From: Yuukianura sp. NJ FZ-2021
Lineage: Eukaryota
Assembly (NCBI GenBank): GCA_046563655.1
Contig: CM102284.1
Span: 3,844,001-3,908,000 of the forward strand
Reading direction: 5' to 3'
DNA length: 64,000 nucleotides
A program made the position numbers and the translations under genes. Position 1 is the first letter of the stretch, and each line of letters starts with the position of its first letter. Below the pieces are notes generated by a model. It did no database searches. It was not told the origin of the DNA and saw only the letters and a list, made by a program, of their open reading frames with translations. Shown here one piece after another: positions 26,522-60,297 of this stretch.

Positions 26522-27064
26522 ATGCCTACCATTCAACCTTCAACGGAAGACGACATTCCGGAACTCATGACCTTAGTTCACAGTGCCTACAGAGGTGAAG
26601 GGTCAAAGGTCGGCTGGACAACAGAAGCGGATCTTCTGGACGGCTCGAGAATAACTGCAGAAACAATGAAGAGTTACATTGACAAAAAGAATGCCGTTTT
26701 CCTGAAATACGAAGAACAAGTTGAATCTCCCGAAGACGTTCAGATTCTCGGTTGTATATTTCTAGAAAAAGTGGTCAAGAAGGATGAACTGAAGTGTTAC
26801 CTCGGACTGCTCACCGTGGCACCTCAAATGCAAAGTAAAGGAATTGGAAAGCAATTGCTACAATTTGCATTTGATTGGGCCAAGAACCAAGGATGCTCTG
26901 CCGTATTCATGACCGTCATTTCCTGTCGTGAAGAACTTATCAAATGGTACAATAATGTCGGATTTGTCGATACCGGCGAACGGGAACCATTTTTTACCGA
27001 CCCCGAATTTGGAATTCCGAAACAACATCTCGAATTTGCAGTTTTAGAAAAACGACTCGACTAA
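26522..27064 (+). CDS. GNAT-family N-acetyltransferase, bacterial-type, intron-free CDS
   Basis: 180-aa ORF with LVHSAYRGEGSKVGWTTEADLLDGSR, acetyl-CoA motif YLGLLTVAPQMQSKGIGKQLL, MTVISCREELIKWY..GFVDTGEREPF, LEFAVLEK. The upstream in-frame ATG at 26477 lies inside a predicted 5'UTR intron (26392-26486). Confidence 0.9.
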   Translation: MPTIQPSTEDDIPELMTLVHSAYRGEGSKVGWTTEADLLDGSRITAETMKSYIDKKNAVFLKYEEQVESPEDVQILGCIFLEKVVKKDELKCYLGLLTVAPQMQSKGIGKQLLQFAFDWAKNQGCSAVFMTVISCREELIKWYNNVGFVDTGEREPFFTDPEFGIPKQHLEFAVLEKRLD

Positions 27065-27453
27065 AGTGAAAAACCGATAAGCCCCGCCTATATGTCAAGT
27101 CAACAACGATCAATAATCCTCAACCTCAAGTGTGCAGCTTACTCCAAAACAATCTAAACGTATCCTAAATTTTACTTTAATTATACAAATTGTAATTGTT
27201 ATAGTTGTTACAAAAACTCCAATAATCAAACGCAACGTGGGCTTTCAGTTTCTCGCATTTCATTTGAACTCTAAATGGTGACTATAATATTCCTTCTTCC
27301 AAAATTCATAAAAAGTGTCAAGTGTTGTATACTGGAGCTTTTTAATTATGCTTTCAAAGCTCGATGTTCAGTTTTAAACAAGTTGGTTAAATAAATTACG
27401 CTCAAAGAAGTGTGTTCTTTTGAACAAACTTGTGCTATTAAGTTTAAATTGAA

Positions 27454-30253
27454 TCATAGTATTTTAGCCAGTGTGGCTTTTGCGCGTAGCGATTTCTTCT
27501 TCTTGTTTGCAGCCGCTGTAGCGGCACAGTAGTCGATGAGTTTCGGATCCAACGGAATCGATAGTCCGGTGAGACGAGCAAAGTAAATCCGAGCAGCTTG
27601 GTGATTCACGTGAATTTTTTCAACAAATGTTTGTTGGTAGGCCTGAAAATAACAAACAAATCATCCAAAAGCGAAAAATGACACTGATGAAAGCTAAAAT
27701 GAAAAGAATACAACGAGTAATGAAATTTTTTAGCACATACTCCTTCCAATTCCTCCAGTTTGCCATGAGACACAGCTTCTTCTTCTGTAAGCAAAACGCA
27801 ATTCCACGGTGTCCACGGTTCAGCCTTGTTCCAGCGACAAAGGCGAAGAAGGTAGCGGTTGTCCATTCCGCTCAGCGCTGATTGGCCATGCCAAAGCTGC
27901 TCAACCAAAAACTGAAGGTCATAAACCTGGAAACAGCAAAATACAGAGGTCAAGGTCATGATTTAGCAAACAGTAATTTTTATTACCAATTGTATTGTCT
28001 CTTCTTACGTCAATAAGATACGCCACTGAGTTCTCAACGTTCAGTTCCTGCTCATCAGTCCTCAGTTCATCAAGCATACAACGGTAGAGGTTGAGATCAG
28101 CTCGGAGGATTGACGTTCTGTAAATTCCCATGCATGTTTGGCAGCGATTGATGATCGTGACGCCATTGATGATTGTGAATTGGCTTCGATTCAAGAGTTT
28201 TCGACAACTCTTGCACTGTACCATATCCTTACGTAGGTTCATAGAGTCAAATGGTGTCTACAAAAACAAACAAAGACATTAATAGCGTCATGAGCAGCGT
28301 CAGTCACTCTCATTTCATAAACAAAATACCTTTTGCAACCGAGCTGCTTCTGGATTAAACGAAGGTTCTCGACAGATTCGATAAAACGCGTTTGCAACTC
28401 TACATACAAGATCAAAAAATTCTAAATTTTTTAAAAATTCAAAACGTTTAAGATTGATATACCTTCGTCTAACACTTTCCAGAAGATCGCTTTGGTTCAT
28501 TTGGCCCAGAGCCAATTCTCTACCGATCAAGTCAACCAAGTACCGTGTCATAGCAGAATCGTGGAACTTGATCTGTCAAAAAATAAAAAGTTAAAAAGTT
28601 GCTTCTTGAAAATATTTTCAAAAAAAAATTTGAATTTTGTAGGTAATCAGTGTATTACGTGGTCGTAAACAGTTTCCAGCAAAATATATCGGTCACATTC
28701 ATCCTCAACTGGTTCTCGGAGCGATGCGTACAATTTGGCGAATTGGCGAGAGACGTATCTGGATGGCGTGTCCCAGGACATGAATTTTCCAGCCTTGTTC
28801 AAAGCCCTTGATGGATTTCCCATCTAATCAACAATGTGAAAGTTAGAAATGAAAATACAATTTTGAAAACACAAAAAAGTGTTGGAAAACCTTGAAAAAG
28901 AACAATTTGTTACCTTTCGAAATGCTCTTTCGATTACTTTCTCCCTGAGTCCCTTCTTGATTCTTGATTTTGCTTTTTCCAAATCACCAAGTAAATCCAA
29001 TTCCATTTCAGTCAGTTGAGCCAACGCTGCCTTCCGATCTGGTCCCCAGCGATTGGCTTCAATGTACTCCAGTTCCTTCTGACGCCATTCATTAATGGCA
29101 CGGTAAAGCAACTCTATGTCCAACTGCAAGAAAAGCAGAAACTAATTAAAAGTTTCATTAATTGCAATTAAACTTGAGATTACAAAGAATTTATTTTAAA
29201 TCATACCATAGTTGTGGGGTTGTGTTGTCTCCGGATTTCGTCCTGGATAATCAAAAGTCGAATTTCCGTTCTCCCTTTTCGAATCTACACAAAGATTTTG
29301 AAATTAATTTATCAATTCTCGCATAGATTTTCAGGTTTTTGTTTAAGTTCCAGGCGCATCCGAATGGTACTGACAAATATGCTGCTAAAATGTTTCCTCT
29401 TTCCATTCTCTTTGAAAATTTTTTCAGAATTCTTGCAATTTGCAAAGTTAAAATATTCTGGATTTGCTGACTTTGCAGAAACTTACGTTTTCTGCCCATT
29501 CGACTCTAAGCAGTAAAGCATTGAGTCTTGCCACTCTTTCTCGAATGGCCAGCCAACGACGCCAGTATTTCTGAATGACGATTGCCTAAAAGAGAGGTCA
29601 AAGGTCACATGCCAAGGTTAAAAGTCCAAATACTTTCGATTTCAGAAGTTAGGTTCGACATTGTGAAAGTTTCTTACAGCTTTGATTCTTTTGCGCTCAA
29701 TGAAGTCCGTCGATGCGTAGTGCTTGGCCCACACGACTCTGTTGTCTTTCTGACACAAGTAGTAGTCACGTCGCTCCGTTTGCTGGTACTGATCTGTCAG
29801 AGTCTGGACGGTCTTCCAAGTGTCATGGAATGTCTGAGCGGAGAAGTCCTCCACTGAATTAAAAAATATCAGTTTCCAAAAAAACAAGTTCAATTTTTCA
29901 GTTTGAATTTTCTTTGGTAATTAACTGTTTTCCGCCATCGATTCCTCTTGAAAAGGTGTTTGCGTTTCAGCATTGTGGTAGAGCACTCCGCATCGCTTGT
30001 CACGGTAGCCTCCCAGATATGCTTTCTCAGTCGTAGCACTTTCCACCACCAAAGTCACCGTTTTAAATCCCGAATCTGCAATAAAAACAAAATAAGTAAC
30101 TTAAAAAGTCATGTTAAGTTGAATCAGGAAGAATTTTTAGAAATTACTTGTGAGAATCACCAGCCTCCGCGTTTGTATTTCACCTTGAGGCTCTTCATCA
30201 GCATCTTCAGCTTCAGCTTCCGTTTCGTCGATATTCTCTTCCAGCTCAGACAT
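27454..30253 (-). CDS. IQUB: IQ and ubiquitin-like domain-containing protein (ciliary radial-spoke IQUB-like), N-terminally short
   Basis: KAYLGGYRDKRCGVLYHNAETQT, IQ motif AIVIQKYWRRWLA, DIELLYRAINEWRQKE, FNPEAARLQKV, IWHG-like LWHGQSALSG, RWNKAEPWTPWNCVLLTEEEAVSH. ATG at 30253, stop at 27454-27456. Confidence 0.82.
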
Positions 30254-32600
30254 AATTCAAAATTATCAAAATTCAATGTAAAATTCAAAAGTTGTTGTTG
30301 AAATTACAAGCAGCAATGCAGCGATTGTGCTAAACAAAAAGGTTGACTTGATTTTCCTCGTAAACGAACACTACAAACTGTTTCTTCGATCGTAACTTTC
30401 TACTTTTCCATCAAAAAATATACGTGACTAAAAACTTTGTTGATTTCAATAAATCAATAGACGATGCGTGTACGATGGCTTAGAAACTTAAAATCCAAAG
30501 AAAATTTCTTTTTCAAAATTTTACATTTCAAATCAAAACTAAAGTTGCGAAAATGCTAACTACTCCGAAAGATGCTGCTTTCACTCTAACATTTCCAAAA
30601 TGACTAAATCAAAATCTAAAGGCATTTTAAATTTGAAGAGCAGAATTTTTACTTTTTTTTCGACAACAACAGTAATATGTATAATTATTATTATTCAATA
30701 TTTGGTATTTGACCATAACGTTTAATCCTTGATAAGTTTATGGTAGGTTTTTGTAATTGTAATTTTTAGTAAGTAGTTGAAGTAGTTTTTAAAGAGTACA
30801 AAGGTTTGTCATTCATTTTAATTGTAAGAGTGATTGGATAGCTGGTGAGCAGTTAAAAACCATTTTTAAATTAAGGGCACAGTTAAGTAGGGACAGAACC
30901 AGCAACTGGGCAAGTAGTGCAACACTCGGATATTTTTGGACGAAAACCAAAGGCATTGTAATAGCTAGTAGCTCCACTAATCATCTTAAATCAGCAACAA
31001 CTTAGCAATTCAAAGGACAAACCACCCCCCACCGCCTTGTTTACACTAACCTTCAACTTAAACAGTAGTAAACCCATAACCTTTGACCCTGAGCCCTACT
31101 TTAGATTTTTTGAAGGGTAGGTTGTACATGTGCGTGTCAACAGTGAAACTTTGCGAGAAACTAGAGTTAGAAGTGCAACTTTTTACTTAATTGAGGAATT
31201 AAATTACAAAGTGAGGAGATAAACGTTTCACAGGTTGTGGAATAATTTTTTTTTCATTTTAAACACACATTAGTACACAAGTGCTTAATAAGAGGAAATC
31301 TAATTGAGAGTTTAAAGCTCTAGATTTTAACAGTAACAATTGAAATGATTTCATAAAAAAGAAGAGCTGAAAATTAAATGACCTCACTTATTTGGCTTTT
31401 GAGTGGCTATTTAACGTGTGTTTTGGATTGGAGAAGTTAAGGTGGTGAAAGGCTTTCTTTTCTAAATCCTAAAGTGCACCTATAATCTAAAGTGCTTAAG
31501 TAACAACAACTTGACAAGTCCTAATTCAAGAGAAAGAAGTTTCAGAGTTTTGGATTTCATGTTTCTTAATAAGGTCAGAGTTAAACGAAGTGAAGAAATA
31601 CGATTTTACAATTAATTGTTTTGTGTATTGAAACTTAAAGTGAGTTTTTGGAGAAAGTTGTTTACTCTCAAGTAAATAATTCCTCTTATAACTCACTTCT
31701 TCTTTCCCTTTCATTATTATTTTCATTATTAATTAGAAGAATTAAGAAAGGAAGTTAGATTTAATTTCTACAACAATAAAGATTGTCGGATTCATCGTGT
31801 CCTTCTCTCACCCACCCCCAGCATCCACACTACCAAAAACACGACAGTTCCCACCATTCAAGTCCACAAGGCAATTTTGTCTAGAGAGAAAGGTATGTGA
31901 GAGGTCCCTAACTTTTCAAATCTAGACTCCTTATTGGGTTTTTACTTTAATTTTGATTAGTTAATTTTGTTAATGAGTAGTATAATGACGTTAACTTTTC
32001 CTGACTAGTTGGGTTGACTTTTTTCTTACTAAAAACTTTCTGGGTTCTCTGAGCACCGTCCACTGTCCTGTCTTAAGTGTTTTTTAACATTTTGTATATC
32101 AAAACAAAAAAGACTTGTAAAACGAAACACAAACTTCCCAACAACTTAAAAAAAACTACAACACGAGGAGCTTCCTTTTTAGCCAATGTCTTTTTCATTT
32201 GTTTCAAGTCTCTCGCAAGCACATTACTCTCCATTTCCTCTCCATTTTATCTGATTTACAAGGAAAATATCAACTCACAGTAGAAAAGTCAGCTTAGTAG
32301 CCCAGCCTAAAACGCTGACTTTTCCATTTGACTTGGATTTCAAAAGTTTCCGAAACATTGTTCCAAAAGAGGAAAGAAAAAAGAGACACTTACAAATGAA
32401 AGTGACCATTGACAACTTGACATTGTCGTGGAGGGTGCGTTAAAGAAAGTAAAGAAGGGGCTTTTTGTTGGATTAGAATAATTATTTCTTGTTATAATTT
32501 CCATTGAAATCATTTTTCCATTTTTTTCATGAAGAGCGCGTGTTGAAGGAAAGTGTTTAGTTTCGTAGCTCCTGTGTTTTCCTTTCCTTCTACTCGAATA

Positions 32601-54860
<22,260 letters not shown>

Positions 54861-56232
54861 GATTCCAAAAATGGGATATTTTGTACAAAATTTCGGACAC
54901 TAAATCCGAATTAACGTGAAATATTTTGAAAAAGTTGACCCTATACCTATCTTCACTCACTTTCACAACTACACTGCAAAAAGGTGTAGACCGCCCCTCT
55001 CCCTAGTCTCTCACGTCCACCAACCTTCACGGTCGCACTAACGCACCCACACATCCTACCACCACCACCCATTTTTCAAAGCCAATTCCAGAATTATAAC
55101 AAATTAGTATATTATTTTTGTTGTTATTTGTGTATGCCTGACTTAATGTTATTTTCATAATTCTTTCTTATAGAAATTATTCTTTATCAATATTTTTATA
55201 ATTGATACAACTTTTATATAAAATACTTTATATTCAGTACGTTTTCAATTTTTTCAAACATTTCATTTTGGGTAAGAAAAAGATTACCTTGTAATCCATC
55301 ATGTAGTAATAGAAGCTAAATTAATACCAGGTATTTACAAATATTTTGAGCGTAACTGCATCAAATGGGTTGAGAATAATTTTCAGAAACTTTAGCGGGT
55401 TTAGTAAGATGATAGTTTTTCTTGAATATTTTGTATTTATTTTGTGCATTACAAATTTATCGAATTTTAAAAGGTATGTTTGTGTTTTTCCAGTGAAAGC
55501 GTAATTAGTTTCTTACGAATGAGCATCAAAACATTCCAAACATAATTTCATCTAATAAATGCCCATTCCTGGGTTTAAAAGGAAAGTGGGTGCTTTGTAT
55601 GTTGTGTCTGGAAGGACTGGAGCTGATTATACTGTTGAGCTGAGTATAGGGACAGGAGCTTTTGTGCTTATTCTTTCTTTTTGAGAACTTCTGTGAAAAT
55701 ACTCATCTCGTTTTTAAGTATAAAGCAAAGCAAAGCCCTTCCTTGAGACAGGGATCGACCACGTATGAAACGTCATATTCTTTGCCATGCTCACTTCCAC
55801 GCACCAAAATTGCACCAAAACATTGGCCAAGGGGGGACAGTCGGTGCAGAACCAATTTCACAAACCATGAGGGGGCAATGCATTCAATGAATTTATTTGA
55901 AATTTGAAACCAAAGGAATTCTGTTTTGTTTTTCTTGAAAATTAGTAAAAACGCATTTTTATTAAAGTTTAAAGTTTAATTCTGAATACAAACTGAAATT
56001 CGCTTTTAGAGAATGTTAGTATCGATTTTAGAATTTGTTTATTTACTGTACGCAGTTACTCATTGATAGTTAATTAAAATTTGCTAACCGGTAAAGTAAT
56101 TATAACCTGAGCAATTGTTAAAATAACTATAGTTATTAAAATTGCCAGTTTTTTAATTGACAACTCCGGCGAAAGTAGCAAATGACTTTTTCTAAAAATG
56201 AACAGCCTTCGCCTTCTTGTTGGCTTTGGATA

Positions 56233-57020
56233 CAGTCTTGTACTGTCTTCCGTCTTCCAGTCTTCACGTCTTCCGAAGAGAAACAGCTGATTCGTCTTCC
56301 AGTCTTCCGTCTTCCGTCTTCCAGAGATTGGCTCGTCTTCCGATCTTCCGTCTTCCGTCTTCCAGAGAATTTTTTGTCTTCCGATCTTCCGTCTTCCGTC
56401 TTCCAAAGAATTTTTTGTCTTCCGGTCTTCCGGCTTCCGTCTTCCAGAGAATCTTTCGTCTTCCGGTCTTCCGGCTTCCGTCTTCCAGAGAATTTTTAGT
56501 CTTCCGGTCTTCCGGCTTCCGTCTTCCAGAGAATATTTTGTCTTCCGGTCTTCCGGCTTCCGTCTTCCAGAGAATTTTTAGTCTTCCGGTCTTCCAGACG
56601 GTGTTTTGTTCTATAGTCTTCCGACTTCCATAGGCTGTTTTGTCTTCCAGTCTTCCGTCTTCCAAAGAATTTTTCGTCTTCCGATCTTCCATCTTCCGTC
56701 TTCCAGAGAATTTTTCGTCTTCCGATCTTCCGTCTTCCGTCTTCCAAAGAATTTTTCGTCTTCCGGTCTTCCGTCTTCCGTCTTCCAAAGAATTTTTCGT
56801 CTTCCGGTCTTCCGGCTTCCGTCTTCCAGAGAATTTTTAGTCTTCCAGTCTTCCGGCTTCCGTCTTCCAGAGAATTTTTAGTCTTCCAGTCTTCCGGCTT
56901 CCGTCTTCCAGAGAGTTTTTCGTCTTCCAGTCTTCCGTCTTCAAATCTTCCGGAAGTCGGAAGAATGAAGCCGGAAGACGTCTTCCATGGAAGAATCTTC
57001 CGGAAGACAGTACATCACTG
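56233..57020. mobile_element. TIR element (CAG...CTG, hAT-like) filled with a TCTTCCG-based satellite
   Basis: TIRs CAGTCTTGTACTGTCTTCCG / CGGAAGACAGTACATCACTG (18/20). Flanks CTTTGGATA / CTTTGGAAA. Interior has about 17 copies of a ~41-nt unit (TCTTCCG x4 plus AGAGAATTTTT). Confidence 0.82.
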
Positions 57021-57626
57021 CTTTGGAAAAGACACGTATCATTCTACGCCACTGTCATCAAATTGTAGAGTTACTCAACACTCCTTACCCCCACACGGTC
57101 ATATTAAAACCAAAAAATTATTTTAAAGCATTACTGTATAAAAACGAAATTAATTATGAAAAAAATACTGAAATTATATTGTGCAATTACCTGAAATATC
57201 GAAATGCTACAAAATTTATGTCGCAGTTGTTGATCAGTTTAATTTTGAAAATGACCAAACTCGCTCGAATCGAGCCAAGTGTGGGTGTAGTGGAGTATTT
57301 TTTTGACAAACCCAAACTTTTTAATGCAATGAAAGTTTTTGAATTGTTTTTGGATTTTAAACACCTCTACTCCAAAGTCAACCTAACTTTGTAACACCTT
57401 GGTTTTAGCAGTCTGTTTCTGCTTTCGGTCCCCTACATTGGATTGATTCTTATTAAAAATTGCTCACTCAACTTCATCATCAACAAAACTGCGGATACAA
57501 TTTGAAATCCAACTCATCACCGGAACCGGGCGGGTCACGAACACGATACTACGTGTGAAGCTGGGAAAGCATAAGGTCAACGGACTTGACTCAATCCACT
57601 GATTCTGCCGTACGTTGACAACTGAC

Positions 57627-60297
57627 ATGGACCTCAAAGTCGTGACAACGTTTTGTCTCATTGTCTTATGTCAGCTTCATTGTCTCAATGGCGATGAACA
57701 TAATCACCTGGTAAGTGACCAACTCGGGAGTTTTTAAACAAAAACGATTGACCTTTCAGCGTATAATGTTGTTTTTTTTTACCTATTTAGTATAAAGCTG
57801 AAGACGAAATTGTACTGTGGATGAACACAGGTAGTAAACTCTAAAAATATGTAGGATTGCTGTTAGCATGCGGGGAATGAAAAGTATTTTTAATTGGATT
57901 TTGTTTTTGATAATATTCTGCACTCGCAGTTGGACCGTACCATAATCAACAAGAAACGTACAAGTACTATTCCCTGCCATATTGCAAAGGGCTGCAAGAG
58001 CAAATTGGACACCCTCATGAAACCCTTGGAGAAGCACTGGAAGGATATGAACTGGAATATTCGCAAGTTGCATTCAACTTCAAAGGTATATTGGTCTAGT
58101 TTAGCATTACCTTCGCCATTTATTTTTGCGGGTTATTTTTGGGTTTCAATGATGTTTTGGTATTTTTAAGTCCATACACCGGTGACATCATACTGCGAAG
58201 TTCCTGAGCTTAATACAGAAGACTACAAAGCATTCGAATATGCAATAAAGAATAGATACTGGTACCAGATGTTCGTGGATAGCCTTCCCATTTGGGGTAT
58301 GTCTACGATTAAAATCTGTTGAAGATGTGTGTTTTATATGTTTGATGTTGTTTAATTTGTTGCTATTTATTAGGAGTTGTCGGGGACGTTGATGACAATA
58401 ATCAGTACTTCATCTACACTCACATGAAGTTTGACATTGGGTACAACGAGGGAAGAATCGTAGATGTCAACATGACGACTGAAGGGAAGACACCACTTAG
58501 ACAAGGAGTGAAAATTGCGTTCAGTTATGAAGTTAACTGGAAGGAATCAACAGTTAAATTCGAAGATCGCTTTGACAAATACTTGGATCCTAGCTTCTTC
58601 CAACACCGCATTCATTGGTTCTCAATTTTCAACAGTTTCATGATGGTCATTTTTCTTGTGGGCTTGGTCAGTATGATCCTGATGCGAACGTTGAGGAAGG
58701 ACTACGCACGCTATGCCAAAGATGAAGAGATGGATGACATGGTACTTTTTCCAATCCGCGTTCCGTGTTCTACGTTTCCGTGAACAGTGGATTATAAAAT
58801 TTCGTTTCATTTCAGGACAGAGAACTCGGAGATGAATATGGATGGAAACAAGTCCATGGAGATGTTTTTAGGACGCCAGCTCATTCTCTAGTGTTTTCGG
58901 CAGTAATGGGTACTGGATACCAACTCCTCGTCGTGACCGTCGCGGTTATTTTATTCACAATCGCTGGAGAGTTGTACACTGAACGCGGATCGCTACTTTC
59001 AACTGCAATTTTCGTCTATGCGGCCACATCTCCAATTAACGGTAAAATAACACAGAAATGCCGAGTCAATTTATTGCTTCTTCTGTCATTCTCGAAAGAA
59101 TATTTTTATAGGATACTTTGGAGCCTCAATTTTTTCACGGATGGGAGGAAAGGTAAAATTATGCCAACTTACTGTTTCAATTCCTTGTACAATTTTTTGG
59201 AACATGTATCAATCTATGTAGAAATGGATCCAGCAAATGCTTGCATCCGTATTTCTGCTGCCATCCGTCGTCTGTGGAACTGCTTTCCTCATCAATTTTA
59301 TTGCAATTTACTATCACACTTCTCGTGCAATTCCATTCGGAAGCATGGTAAGTTCCCTATACGTAAATTATGGAAAAACTCTTTCAATTTCATATTTACT
59401 TTGAATTACTAAATCATTTTGGATTGCTGTTTTTTGTCAGATCGCTGTAACGTGCATTGTACTGTTCGTTGTATTGCCGTTGACGCTAGTCGGTACTGTT
59501 CTCGGTAGGAACATCGCAGGATCTCCAGATCACCCGTGCCGTGTCAATGCAGTTCCCCGTCCAATTCCCGAAAAGAAGTGGTTCATGGAACCCATAATCA
59601 TCGTTGCTCTCGGAGGAATTCTGCCCTTTGGATCCATCTTCATCGAAATGTAGGTCTTGTGGACATTAATTTTGAATTTCATGAACTGAATTTATGAATT
59701 TTCCATTTTTGAAATACCCAGGTACTTCATCTTCACTTCATTCTGGGCTTACAAAATCTACTACGTCTATGGCTTTATGCTCCTCGTGTTTCTCATCCTG
59801 CTCGTGGTTACTGTTTGCGTAACAATTGTTTGCACATATTTTCTCCTCAATGCAGAAGACTACAGGTGACGAATTTATGAATTTTTTCCCGTTCATATCA
59901 ACCGCAGCATGACAATTTTCTGCGGTTAGATTACAGTTTGGTTATGAAAATGAGAATTTTGAAACTAAATTTTGGTTTTTAGGTGGCACTGGGTTTCCTT
60001 CTTCTCCGCTGCGTCCACTTCAGGCTATGTCTACCTCTACTCAATCTACTACTTTATGTTTAAAACCAAGTATGCAAAATGCTGCTAATTTCATTTTACT
60101 ATTACTATTTATATAATATACATATTTATATATAACATATTTGTCCATGCAGGATGTACGGACTTTTCCAGACAGCCTTCTACTTTGGACACATGGCCCT
60201 GTTCAGTCTTGGGCTTGGAATAATGTGTGGAACCGTGGGGTACATCGGAAGTAGCTACTTTGTACGCAAGATTTACTCAACAGTCAAAATAGACTAA
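57627..60297 (+). CDS. TM9SF3: Transmembrane 9 superfamily member 3
   Basis: Signal peptide then [88 protein letters not shown]-terminal KIYSTVKID. Confidence 0.96.

Noticed and set aside
56074-56881. Multiple overlapping repetitive ORFs (EDGRRK.., VFRLPSS..) and a CRISPR-like look
   Set aside because: These are translations of the TCTTCCG satellite. There are no unique spacers or cas genes, and the context is eukaryotic.
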